Positions 19,636-28,890 of a DNA stretch of 38,910 bases are shown in pieces. Source of the stretch: Nanobdellota archaeon (lineage in GTDB: Archaea; Nanobdellota; Nanobdellia; Pacearchaeales; GW2011-AR1); NCBI GenBank assembly GCA_017610405.1, contig JAFCCD010000007.1, positions 1-38,910 of the forward strand, given 5' to 3'. The position numbers were made by a program, and so were the translations under genes. The notes beneath the pieces were generated by a model. The model had not been told where the DNA came from, did not search any database, and saw only the letters and a list, made by a program, of their open reading frames with translations. Within the stretch, counting starts at the first letter, position 1, and every line of letters starts with the position of its first letter.

Positions 19636-20295
19636 ATGGAGAAAAATAGAAAGAGTGTTTTTTGGCAGGCATTAGTTTTAACAATAATTGTATTCATAGT
19701 AGGAGTTTTTTTAGGGATTTCGTATGAAGGGGGAAAAATTGTAGAAGTTAATGATTATTATGTTTTATCAGAGATTTTTCTTATGGATTCTTTTGCATTG
19801 ACTAAAATTGTAGATGTTATGGATATGAATTCTATTGATTGTGGGATTCTTATAGATAAAAATATTGAATTTGCAAATAGAATTTATGAAGAAGCATATA
19901 TTCTTGAAAAATATGAAGAATCAGAAAAATTATCAGAAACCCTAATGGTATTGCATAGAAAATATGATCTTTTACGAACTCTTTTATGGATGAATTTTAA
20001 AGAGATTCCTAACACATGTAAAAAAAATATTTCTTCTGTAGTTTATCTTTATGAACATAAAACAGAAGATCTTATGATAAAAGCAACAAATGAAGTATGG
20101 GGAAGAATTCTTTTTGATTTAAAACAAAAGGTACAAGATAAGATAATTCTTATTCCCATAGCTGTAGATAGTGATTTGGCATCTTTGAATATTTTGCTTT
20201 CAAAATATGATATTCAGGAATATCCAGTAGTGATTATTGATGAAAAAGTGATTTATCAAATTGATTCTGCAGAAGATTTGGAAAAATATCTTTAA
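19636..20295 (+). CDS. membrane-anchored hypothetical protein with thioredoxin-like C-terminus
   Basis: N-terminal TM; C-terminal KYDIQEYPVVIIDEK resembles a thioredoxin-fold cis-Pro strand. Confidence 0.65.
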   Translation: MEKNRKSVFWQALVLTIIVFIVGVFLGISYEGGKIVEVNDYYVLSEIFLMDSFALTKIVDVMDMNSIDCGILIDKNIEFANRIYEEAYILEKYEESEKLSETLMVLHRKYDLLRTLLWMNFKEIPNTCKKNISSVVYLYEHKTEDLMIKATNEVWGRILFDLKQKVQDKIILIPIAVDSDLASLNILLSKYDIQEYPVVIIDEKVIYQIDSAEDLEKYL

Positions 20296-20370
20296 TAAAA
20301 TTAATTTCTTATTTTAAACTATATTCTTTTTAACACAAATATTAAAAAGTAAATTTTAACTTAGATCTTT

Positions 20371-21075
20371 ATGGAATGTTCTGTTTGTGGAATATCTGGA
20401 AAAAATGTAAGGCTTCTTGATGTTATCTCTCCTAAAGGAATTGTAAAAGTTTGTGCAGCTTGTTCTGAAAAAGATGACATGCCTATTTTGAGAAGACCTA
20501 CAACCTTTCAACTTAAAGAATCTGAAAAAAAACCAGAAACTTATTCCTCATTTTTAGCTATGAGGAAAAAAGAAAAAGATTCAGGTGTAGAATCATTAAA
20601 AAAATCTGAAGATAAAGATCAAGAAATAACTCTTAAGGGAATTGTGGATAAGAATTATAAAATGAAGATTTCTGAAGAAAAAAAGCCAAGGCCGGATCTT
20701 ATTGATAATTTTCATTGGGATCTTATGAGAACGAGAAGACTGAAAAAAATAACTCAGGAAGAATTAGCAAAAGAAATATCAGAATCTGTAGTAGCAATCA
20801 AAATGGCAGAGCAAGGAATTCTTCCAGAAGATGATTATCGATTAGTAAATAAGCTTGAAAGTTTTTTAGGAATAAAAATTATCAAAGATAATGCTAGATT
20901 TGGAATAAATGAAATATCTAGAAAATCTCCAGCAAGAATACTTAAATTTGATAGAATGGTAATGCAGAATTTGACAATATCTGATTTAAAAGAGATAAAA
21001 GAGAAAAAAGAAGAACCAAGTGAAGATTTAAAGGAAGATTTGGAAAAAAATGAAAGAGAAGCAGAAGTTTTATAA
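20371..21075 (+). CDS. archaeal MBF1-like protein (Zn ribbon + Cro-type HTH)
   Basis: CSVCG...VCAAC; ITQEELAKEISES...KLESFLGIKI. Confidence 0.8.
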   Translation: MECSVCGISGKNVRLLDVISPKGIVKVCAACSEKDDMPILRRPTTFQLKESEKKPETYSSFLAMRKKEKDSGVESLKKSEDKDQEITLKGIVDKNYKMKISEEKKPRPDLIDNFHWDLMRTRRLKKITQEELAKEISESVVAIKMAEQGILPEDDYRLVNKLESFLGIKIIKDNARFGINEISRKSPARILKFDRMVMQNLTISDLKEIKEKKEEPSEDLKEDLEKNEREAEVL

Positions 21076-21097
21076 ATTGAAATAATAAATTCTTACT

Positions 21098-21361
21098 ATG
21101 GAAATAGGTATTTTAAAGAGTTCAAAAGATGAAATTGAAATGCAGGTTGAGAATATTACTATGGTAGAACTTCTTCGAGTTTATCTAAATAAAGATTCTT
21201 CAGTAAATTTTTCTGCATGGAAAAGAGAACATCCTTCAGAAAAAGCAGTACTTAATGTGAGAGTAAAAGGAAAAACTGCAAAAAAAGCGATTAATGATGC
21301 AATTGTAGCGATAACGAAAGATTTAGACAAAGTTGAGAAAGATTTTTCAGCTATGAAGTAA
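21098..21361 (+). CDS. rpoL: RNA polymerase subunit Rpo11 (L)
   Basis: TMVELLRVYL...VNFSAWKREHP, 87 aa. Confidence 0.85.
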   Translation: MEIGILKSSKDEIEMQVENITMVELLRVYLNKDSSVNFSAWKREHPSEKAVLNVRVKGKTAKKAINDAIVAITKDLDKVEKDFSAMK

Positions 21362-21431
21362 TTGAAAATATACTTCTAAAAATAGATTACAATAATCCTT
21401 ATTAATTTTGAAATTCTATAATTTTTATAAA

Positions 21432-22163
21432 ATGTGTGCTGAAAAAATCTCTGCAGGAAGTTTTGATTTAAACAAATGGCTTTATGGAGGATATGAAAAG
21501 GGAATAATAACAATGATTGCAGGTCCTCCTGGAAGTGGAAAAACAAATTTTGTTATCTTAGCTTCATGTAGTCAAGCTAAAAAAGAAAATAAAGTTATTT
21601 TTATCGATACAGAAGGTGGTTTTTCTTCTGAAAGAATAAAGCAAATTGTTGGCGAAGAATATAAAGATATTTTGAAAAATATATTACTTTTAAATCCTAC
21701 AAATTTTGATGAACAAAAAAAAGTTTTTCTGAAACTTCTCGATAAAGTTAATGAAGGGAATATAGGATTAATAATTGTTGATGGAATGGCTATGCTTTAC
21801 AGGCTTGAACTTGGTGATGCAGTTAAATCAAAAAATGAGGATAAAATTAGAGAAGTTAATAGGGAAGTTGCAAGACAAATGAGAATTCTTGCAGAAATTT
21901 CTAGAAAACAGAATATTCCGATTTTAATTACAAATCAGGTTTATTCAGAATTTTTATCAGAAGAAGAATGGAAAAAGAAAATTAGGCCAGAGGCAAATAT
22001 TGTTGGGGGTGATTTGTTTAAATATTGGAGCAAGGCAATAATTGAATTGAAAAATGAAAACGGAAGAAAAAGAGCTATTCTTCTAAAACATAGAAGTATG
22101 CCTAAAAAAGAATTGAGTTTTGAAATTAAAGATAAGGGAATATTCAAAAAACGTTGGTTTTGA
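21432..22163 (+). CDS. radB: DNA repair protein RadB
   Basis: GPPGSGKT, FIDTEGGFSSER, ITNQVY, KHR basic patch; ATG at 21432 preferred over TTG at 21408. Confidence 0.93.
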   Translation: MCAEKISAGSFDLNKWLYGGYEKGIITMIAGPPGSGKTNFVILASCSQAKKENKVIFIDTEGGFSSERIKQIVGEEYKDILKNILLLNPTNFDEQKKVFLKLLDKVNEGNIGLIIVDGMAMLYRLELGDAVKSKNEDKIREVNREVARQMRILAEISRKQNIPILITNQVYSEFLSEEEWKKKIRPEANIVGGDLFKYWSKAIIELKNENGRKRAILLKHRSMPKKELSFEIKDKGIFKKRWF

Positions 22164-22231
22164 TTAGTTAAAAACTAAATAACTCTGTGGTGGTTCTTAA
22201 ATAATATAAACTTCTATTTATTACAGTTTTT

Positions 22232-23440
22232 ATGGGAGATATAAGATTTGAAGTTATAAAAAAAATAGCAGAAGTAAATTTTAAGTATAAAAATCTTGAT
22301 AAAATTTCAGAGTTGAATACAAATTCTCCTCCAAGTGTGTTTGTTGGTTCTAAGCTTAAGTATCCTTTGGTAAATGTTGGAATTTTAAGTCCTCTTGAAA
22401 AAGATGATAATGTTTGGGTTTATGATGATCCAAAATACTGGGCAAAGCATAATTTTGGAATAAAAGATGTGTTGGGTTTAAGAAATAATCTTCTTAATTC
22501 AAGATTTCGTTCAAAAGTAACAGATTCTCGTTTGGAAAATAATAAATTTGTTCAAATAGCACAAGAACTTGCCCTTTCTTCAAAACCTGTTGATGTAGAA
22601 ATAGAACTGCAGAAAAAAATTGGTTCTGGATTAAAAAAAGACAGAATTTTGTCGCCACAAGGAATGGCAGCACCATTAAAAAAAGCAAAAATCACAAACA
22701 ATGTGAAAATAGATAGAAAGCTTGATAGGGTAATTTCTGATGAAATAAAGGCATCAGAAGGAATTGAATATCTCTATAAAAACAAATTTAATGAATCTAC
22801 ATTAAGCAAAATATTGAGCGTGGGGGTTCTTGGATTAAAAAAAGACAAAAAATTAGTTCCTACAAGGTGGAGTATCACTGCAACAGATGATATAATTGGA
22901 AAAAAGATTTGTGAAAGGATTAAGGAATATAAATGGATTGAGAATCATGAGTTGTTTTTTGGGGAGTTTTTTGGAAATGTTTATTTGATAATGCTTTTCC
23001 CAAATATTTGGAGTTATGAACTTTTTGAGCTTTATCTTCCAGGAAGTTCTTGGAATTCATCAAATGAAATAAAAGCTGCAACAGATTTTGAAGGGTATGG
23101 TGGAAGAAAAAATTATGCTTCAGATACAGCAGGTGGTTATTATGCTTCTAGACTTCCTATTTTAGAATATCTTAAAAAAATAAAAAGACAAGCTTCTGTT
23201 TTAGCAATAAGGATAGAACTTCCAAGTTATTGGGCAGCTTTAGGTGTTTGGGTTGTTCGGGAAAGTGTGAGAAAGGCATTAGATCACAGAAAACTTGAAT
23301 TTGCTGAAATAAACGAGATGCTTAATAGCACAAAGAAAATAGGAATGATAAAATTTGGTTTTAATCCTGAAAAAGTTTTCAAAAAAAGTAGGTTGTTAGA
23401 AAATTTGAAAACCCAGACAAATTTAGGGAAGTGGTTTTAA
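22232..23440 (+). CDS. nreA: DNA repair protein NreA (DUF650/DUF651)
   Basis: SPPSVFVG..YP.VNVG, LVPTRWSITATD, GGYYASRL, GVWVVRESVR, C-terminal PIP QTNLGKWF. Confidence 0.9.
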   Translation: MGDIRFEVIKKIAEVNFKYKNLDKISELNTNSPPSVFVGSKLKYPLVNVGILSPLEKDDNVWVYDDPKYWAKHNFGIKDVLGLRNNLLNSRFRSKVTDSRLENNKFVQIAQELALSSKPVDVEIELQKKIGSGLKKDRILSPQGMAAPLKKAKITNNVKIDRKLDRVISDEIKASEGIEYLYKNKFNESTLSKILSVGVLGLKKDKKLVPTRWSITATDDIIGKKICERIKEYKWIENHELFFGEFFGNVYLIMLFPNIWSYELFELYLPGSSWNSSNEIKAATDFEGYGGRKNYASDTAGGYYASRLPILEYLKKIKRQASVLAIRIELPSYWAALGVWVVRESVRKALDHRKLEFAEINEMLNSTKKIGMIKFGFNPEKVFKKSRLLENLKTQTNLGKWF

Positions 23441-25713
23441 TTTTTGCTGTTCTCTTCTGCTTCTTTCTTTTTTCGATAAGCTTCAATTCTCTCCCGATTT
23501 GTTTCACATTCTGGATTAAAACAAAATTCCCATGGTCGCTTTCCTTTTTTGATTGACATTAGCATGGGAAAACCACACTTTTCACAGATTTTATCTGATC
23601 TCTTTATTAGAGAATTTGGTGGAACACTGTAAGTGTTTCTGCAGTTTGGATAAGCATCACATGCGACAAAATATCTTTTTGTTTTTGGAGAATAAGAAAT
23701 TCCTAAGTTTCCTTTTTTACAAACAGGGCAAATATTGAGCCTATTTTCTTCTTTCTGTTCTTTTCTAAATCTATCATTTGCTTTTGAAATTTCTTTTCCT
23801 ATTTCTTCCTGTTTTTTCTCAAATTGTTTAGATATCTTAGTTATTGTTTTTTTAGCCTCTTTGATAATTTTTTCTTCCTTTTTCAAGTAATCTTTTTTAG
23901 CTTGTAAAATTGCATCCATTTCTTTTCCAAATTTTCTAGTGAGTTTTTCATCAATTATTATTGGAGAATATTTTTCAAGTGTTTCAATTAAAGAAATTCC
24001 TAAGGGTGTTACTTTTATGCTTTGTTCTTTAATATAATCTCTTTTATAGAGAGTTTCAAGAATGCTGGAACGAGTTGCTTTAGTTCCTAAACCTCTTTTT
24101 TCTAGTTCTGAGATTATGGAGGCAGGAGTGTATCTTTTTGAAGGCTGGGTTTGTTTTTCGTCTATTCTTGAGTTCATGACTTTTACATCTCCTTTAAGAT
24201 CAGGAATTTCTTCTTCTTTCATTCTTACAGGATAAATCTGGAGCCAGGAACTTTTTTTTATTGAGAAACCTTTTTTAACAAAAAACATACCATTTATATC
24301 TAGAATTATTTTCTTATTTTCAATAACAGCATCTTCCATGAAGAGAGAAAGAAATCTTTTAACAATCAAATCATAAATTTTTTCTTCACTTTCTTCTAAA
24401 ATTTTGAAATCTCCAGTAGGATAAATTGAAGGATGGGCAGGATCAGATTTTTTTCCTTCAATTGGGTCTTTTCTTTTTATGAGTTTTTTTACAGGATATT
24501 TTTTTACTAATTTTTTTAGAATTTCTTTATAATTAATTAAAGAAGGAAGTTTTTGACTAGAGGTTCTTGGATATGAAATTAATCCTGAGAGATATAGAGA
24601 TTGTGCTATTTGTAAGGTTTTTCCGGGATTTATTCCAAAAATTCTATAGGCTTCTGTTTGTAAATTTGTTAAATTGAAAGGAGGATTTGGAGGAAGTTTT
24701 TTCTCTTTTTTATCTGTTTCTGCTTTTCCTATTTTTCCAGCGAGTTGTTCAAATTTTTTTAATTCTAGTTTGTCAAAAATATCTTTATTGTGAACTAATT
24801 CAAGTTTTGGTTTTCCAATTTCTACAAAAACTCTCCAGTAGGTTTTAGATTTGAAATCAAGAATCTTTCTCTCTTTCTCAACTATGAGATTTAATGTAGG
24901 TCCTTGAACTCTTCCTATAGACATTATTTTGAATTTTCCTATAGATCTTAGAGAATTCATTAATGCTCTTGATAAATTTATTCCATAGAACCAATCTAAA
25001 TAATGTCTTGTTTCTCCTGCAATAGCTTGACCCCAGTTAAAGTGTTTAGATTTAGATTCATAAGACTTGTTAAGTTCTTCTTTTGTAAGGGTTGAGAATT
25101 TCATCCTTGATGCATTGGGTTGGCCAGTGAGAAATCTTATAATATTCCAACCTATAACTTCTCCTTCTACATCATAGTCTGTGGCAACTGTTAAACTTTT
25201 AGCACCTTTTACAAGCTTTGATAAAACATCATAATATTTTTTACTAAAATCGTTTTTTCTAATATAATAGTTAGGAACCCACATTAAATCAAAAATTGGG
25301 ATTTTTGACCGTTGTTTTTTTTGAGTTAGTGTAAATAAATGCCCTACAGCACATCCAACAACAATTTTTCCTCCTTTTCTTTCAACTTCATAATAAGGAA
25401 CCCCTTGAATCTCTTTTTTAGTAGATTTTCCTAAAGCAGAAGCAATTTTTAATGCAGCTTGTGGTTTTTCAGTGATTACTAATTCATAACCATCTTTTTT
25501 CAATTTTATTTTTTTTGGTTCGAATTCTTGTTTTTTAATCTTTGTTCTCTTTTTTCTTTTTACAGTTTTTTTCACTTTTTCTACTTTTTCCAAAGATTTT
25601 CTATCTGGTTTTTTATATTTTTTTTCAATGGCATATTTCAAATCATCTTTATCAATAGGGAAATAATTTTCAGCTGTTTTTTCTTCTTTTGTCTTTTTCT
25701 GTTTTTTTCGCAT
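23437..25713 (-). CDS. topA: DNA topoisomerase IA
   Basis: ITEKP, ATDYDVEGE, SIGRVQGP, catalytic SYPRT, GLGTKATR, C-terminal Zn ribbons. Confidence 0.97.
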   Translation of the reverse strand: MRKKQKKTKEEKTAENYFPIDKDDLKYAIEKKYKKPDRKSLEKVEKVKKTVKRKKRTKIKKQEFEPKKIKLKKDGYELVITEKPQAALKIASALGKSTKKEIQGVPYYEVERKGGKIVVGCAVGHLFTLTQKKQRSKIPIFDLMWVPNYYIRKNDFSKKYYDVLSKLVKGAKSLTVATDYDVEGEVIGWNIIRFLTGQPNASRMKFSTLTKEELNKSYESKSKHFNWGQAIAGETRHYLDWFYGINLSRALMNSLRSIGKFKIMSIGRVQGPTLNLIVEKERKILDFKSKTYWRVFVEIGKPKLELVHNKDIFDKLELKKFEQLAGKIGKAETDKKEKKLPPNPPFNLTNLQTEAYRIFGINPGKTLQIAQSLYLSGLISYPRTSSQKLPSLINYKEILKKLVKKYPVKKLIKRKDPIEGKKSDPAHPSIYPTGDFKILEESEEKIYDLIVKRFLSLFMEDAVIENKKIILDINGMFFVKKGFSIKKSSWLQIYPVRMKEEEIPDLKGDVKVMNSRIDEKQTQPSKRYTPASIISELEKRGLGTKATRSSILETLYKRDYIKEQSIKVTPLGISLIETLEKYSPIIIDEKLTRKFGKEMDAILQAKKDYLKKEEKIIKEAKKTITKISKQFEKKQEEIGKEISKANDRFRKEQKEENRLNICPVCKKGNLGISYSPKTKRYFVACDAYPNCRNTYSVPPNSLIKRSDKICEKCGFPMLMSIKKGKRPWEFCFNPECETNRERIEAYRKKKEAEENSKN

Positions 25714-25836
25714 GTTATATTTTTGATATTGTGCTTTAAAAATAAGATAGTTCTAAAGTTTATCTAATTTTTGGGTTTTTGTAAGAAGAAGTATTTACAT
25801 TTTTTAAACAGAGAATCTTGACTTTAACAAGAATGA

Positions 25837-26445
25837 TTAAATCTCAAAAATCTTTTCTTTTCTACTAACATTTATCACTTTTGTTTTTTCAATATATTCT
25901 TCTATTCCTCCTGCTTCGTGAATGTGTGAATTTATTAAAATATCTGGTTTAAATTGTTTGATAGCTTTACTTATTGCAATTGAACCTGGCCACCCTGAAA
26001 ATTCTGATTTACTTTTTGAAGGATGCATATGTGTGACCATTATTTTCTTTTTACTGTCTTTTATTTTTGAATGTCCTTTTTTTAGTAATTCAAATATTTC
26101 AGAATCTTTTATTTCATGAATACCAAAATCAGCACCACCTGCCCCAAAAATCCCTAAATCTCCTTTTACAAAAGAATATCCATGAATATTATGTGCCCCA
26201 TATACTTCTGCTAAAAAATCAATTGTTGCAGGGGATTCGTGATTTCCAGGAATTAATAAAACTTTTTTCTTAGCTTTTATAAATGGGCCTATTAAATTTT
26301 TAATTGATTGTTCTGCAAAAGTTATATCACCTGCTAAAATAATAAGATCTACATTTTCTTTTTTAGCTTTTTCAGCTAGTTTTTTTACTAGGCCTGTATC
26401 TCCATGAATATCTCCTATTGCAAGGATTTTTGTCTTTTTTTCCAT
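25837..26445 (-). CDS. calcineurin-like metallophosphoesterase
   Basis: GDIHG, AGD, PGNHE, THMHP, HIHE. Confidence 0.92.
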   Translation of the reverse strand: MEKKTKILAIGDIHGDTGLVKKLAEKAKKENVDLIILAGDITFAEQSIKNLIGPFIKAKKKVLLIPGNHESPATIDFLAEVYGAHNIHGYSFVKGDLGIFGAGGADFGIHEIKDSEIFELLKKGHSKIKDSKKKIMVTHMHPSKSKSEFSGWPGSIAISKAIKQFKPDILINSHIHEAGGIEEYIEKTKVINVSRKEKIFEI

Positions 26446-26624
26446 TTTATTTTAAACAAAAAAAGATTAATAAATACTCTTAAAGTAATATATCCATAAG
26501 TGTTACCATTTTAGAATTAGAAATAGTAAAGGTTTAAAAACACTTCTTTTGTATATATTGTAATGAATATGTTTCAAAACATTTAAAAGTAAACACCTAT
26601 CCAAATATATACAACAAAATACAC

Positions 26625-26903
26625 ATGTTAGATAAAATGAAAGATAACTTTGACATCTTTTTTAGGAGAAAACCAGCTTTAATGTTAGTTTCTCTTAAAA
26701 AAAACACAAGAATGAGATACGGTAGTATATTAGCTAAAGAAGTTGATTGTACATATAGCCACGCAGTGAAGATTTTACAGACACTTGAGATATTGAGTTT
26801 AGTCAGTTTTGAAAAAAGGGGTAGAATAAAAATTATAAAACTGACCAAGAAAGGAAGAGAAGTTGCAGATGCAATTGAGAACATTCAAAAACTCATAAGA
26901 TAA
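26625..26903 (+). CDS. winged-helix transcriptional regulator
   Basis: LAKEVDCTYSHAVKILQTLE...KRGRIKIIKLTKKG. Confidence 0.85.
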   Translation: MLDKMKDNFDIFFRRKPALMLVSLKKNTRMRYGSILAKEVDCTYSHAVKILQTLEILSLVSFEKRGRIKIIKLTKKGREVADAIENIQKLIR

Positions 26904-26999
26904 TTCTGATTACTGCCCCGTAATATTTATTTTTTTTATTGGCTAATCTATTCTTTGTTTTTTAGAAAAATTTATAATATTTTTATTATTCCCTAATTA

Positions 27000-27230
27000 A
27001 TGGCTAAGTGGATACAAAAAATCTATATTAAAAAAGGGGTGCTTCATAACCAGCTAGGAATTTCTCAGGACAAAAAGATTCCTATGCAACTTCTTAATAA
27101 AATAATTGCTGCAAAACCAGGAGAAGTGATTAAAAATCCAACTAGTATTGGCAAAAGAAGAATAACTGTTACAAGAGTTCTTGAAAAAAGAGCTAATCTT
27201 GCTAAGAATCTTAAGAATATTAAAAAATAA
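27000..27230 (+). CDS. small basic protein resembling virus-encoded hypothetical proteins
   Basis: KWIQK...KKGVLHNQLGI..DKKIP...KRANLAKNL; TTTATAA box about 29 nt upstream. Confidence 0.7.
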   Translation: MAKWIQKIYIKKGVLHNQLGISQDKKIPMQLLNKIIAAKPGEVIKNPTSIGKRRITVTRVLEKRANLAKNLKNIKK

Positions 27231-27232
27231 TA

Positions 27233-27307
27233 TGGCCCTGGAGGGATTTGAACCCCCGACACCTGGATTAAGAGTCCAGTGCTCTAACCAGACTGAGCTA
27301 CAGAGCC
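27233..27307 (-). tRNA. tRNA-Lys (CUU)
   Basis: GGCTCTG/CAGGGCC acceptor stem; CTGGA-CTCTTAA-TCCAG anticodon arm; TTCAAAT T loop; CCA not encoded. Confidence 0.95.
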
Positions 27308-27347
27308 TTGTATTAACAATTTAGAAGAAGTTTAAAAAAATATCTAA

Positions 27348-27656
27348 TTATTTATATTCTCTCCAAGTAAATCCACATTTGGTACATTTAAAGAATCTTG
27401 TTTCTGCTTCATCAGTTGCACGGGTTTGTAGGGTCCAGAAGAATGCTTTTTTATTTTTACATTTTTTACATTCCTGTTCTATTATTGGATGAATTTCAGT
27501 GTCTTTTTCAGAGATAATGTCAATTTTCTTTTTTTCACCAATTTTTTCAGAAGTTTTTAATTTTTTCATGTTTTTTGTAGAATATTTACATCTAGAACAA
27601 CAATATCTCTTATTTTTTTGAATAAGAATAGCACCGCATTTTGGACAAAATTCCAT
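27348..27656 (-). CDS. tfs: transcription factor S (TFS/RpoM)
   Basis: FCPKCG and C-terminal CKKC...QTRATDEAETRFFKCTKC with catalytic DE. Confidence 0.95.
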   Translation of the reverse strand: MEFCPKCGAILIQKNKRYCCSRCKYSTKNMKKLKTSEKIGEKKKIDIISEKDTEIHPIIEQECKKCKNKKAFFWTLQTRATDEAETRFFKCTKCGFTWREYK

Positions 27657-27720
27657 CTTAATATTTTAAAATTTACTTGTTATCTTTGTTAAAAATATTT
27701 TAAAAATCTTTCTATAAGCA

Positions 27721-28350
27721 TCATCTTTCAATACAAGGGCCTCTTTCTGAAGAAGGCTTTTGCCATTCGTAAAATATGAGCTTTATCCAACCAAGATAAG
27801 GGGTTAATTTTAGGGCAGCTTTTCCAATCAGTTGATCTTCTCTTATTTCTTTTTCAAAATTAAATTGTCCTTGATTGTTATCCCCCATAGTAGAAAAAAC
27901 TCTTTCACCATTACTTTCTTTTATTTCAACTATCCTGTGAATTACAGGATTTTTTTGATTTGCATTAAAAATAATTATGTCTCCTATTTTTAACTTTTCA
28001 GAATTTGCCCTAACTATAAGTAAAATATCTCCTTTATTAAATCCGTTTTCCATTCTAAATTTTTGAAAATCTTCTTGATCTACTGCTAATTCAAAATATT
28101 TATCTTCCTGTCTTTCCCACCAAGCGTTAGAATCAGAAAATAAATTTCCCTTATGATACATACTGCAAGATTCAACAATTGCTAAAGGTAAAGAAGTTCC
28201 TGTTACTAAACTGAAAAGAGGAAAAAAAATGAGTTTTATGAATATAAACAAGAAGACAAAAGCAAATATCCATCCTTTAATACTATTATCTTTCCATAAA
28301 AAATACCAGAATTTTTTAAAAAAACTTTTACCTCTTTTTTCTAAAACCAT
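27721..28350 (-). CDS. signal peptidase I, archaeal Sec11-like
   Basis: TM then ESCSM (catalytic Ser), GDII, VIHRI (His), TMGDNN; ATG at 28350 lies below a TATA box. Confidence 0.88.
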   Translation of the reverse strand: MVLEKRGKSFFKKFWYFLWKDNSIKGWIFAFVFLFIFIKLIFFPLFSLVTGTSLPLAIVESCSMYHKGNLFSDSNAWWERQEDKYFELAVDQEDFQKFRMENGFNKGDILLIVRANSEKLKIGDIIIFNANQKNPVIHRIVEIKESNGERVFSTMGDNNQGQFNFEKEIREDQLIGKAALKLTPYLGWIKLIFYEWQKPSSERGPCIER

Positions 28351-28413
28351 ATTTAAATTAAATTTTTGAAAGTTTTTAAAATGTTTCATAAAAAGGAAAT
28401 CAATGAAAACTAA

Positions 28414-28686
28414 TTATTCTTTTTTTTCAGAATGAATTTTTTCATATGCATTAACTATGGTTATTGTTAGTAAATCTTTTCTTAACCCTTCTAGATTATT
28501 ATTCTTATATAACCCAGGATCTAATCCTCTTAGAGATTCTTTTACTTTTTTATATTCTATTTTAAAATATTCTACATCAACCCCTGCTCTAGCAGCTTCT
28601 TCTATAAGGGCTCTTTCTATATCAGAATTCCATACTACTTCCTTCCTTATTTTATCTTTTTGTTTAATTAATTCTATCAAATCCAT
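28414..28686 (-). CDS. hypothetical protein
   Basis: 90-aa ORF with TTAAATA box about 28 nt upstream. Confidence 0.6.
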   Translation of the reverse strand: MDLIELIKQKDKIRKEVVWNSDIERALIEEAARAGVDVEYFKIEYKKVKESLRGLDPGLYKNNNLEGLRKDLLTITIVNAYEKIHSEKKE

Positions 28687-28763
28687 ATTTTTTTCTAAAT
28701 CTTATGCTATTTAAGTTTTTATATTCAAATATAGATATACACAAAGCCTCAAGAACCAAAATA

Positions 28764-28876
28764 TTTAAATAGTGTATATTGCGTGTATACACGAGAGGTA
28801 TATCCTCATCCATCTTTTTCCAAATTTTATGGAAATAGGTACCCTCTTTTCAACCCAGCCGTGTCAATGACACGGC
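28764..28876 (+). promoter_or_regulatory. promoter and palindromic leader of the AbrB-like/cdc48 operon
   Basis: TTTAAATA 28764-28771; palindrome CGTGTATACACG 28782-28793; inverted repeat GCCGTGTCA-A-TGACACGGC 28858-28876. Confidence 0.65.
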
Positions 28877-28890
28877 ATTATATTCACAAA

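Noticed and set aside
26904-27240. att-site duplication of the tRNA-Lys 3' end (TGCCCCG near 26914)
   Set aside because: Only a few bases resemble TGGCCCTG; no convincing direct repeat or integrase
8598-27303. 26-nt identity between the two tRNA genes
   Set aside because: Covers the conserved D arm; ordinary tRNA similarity
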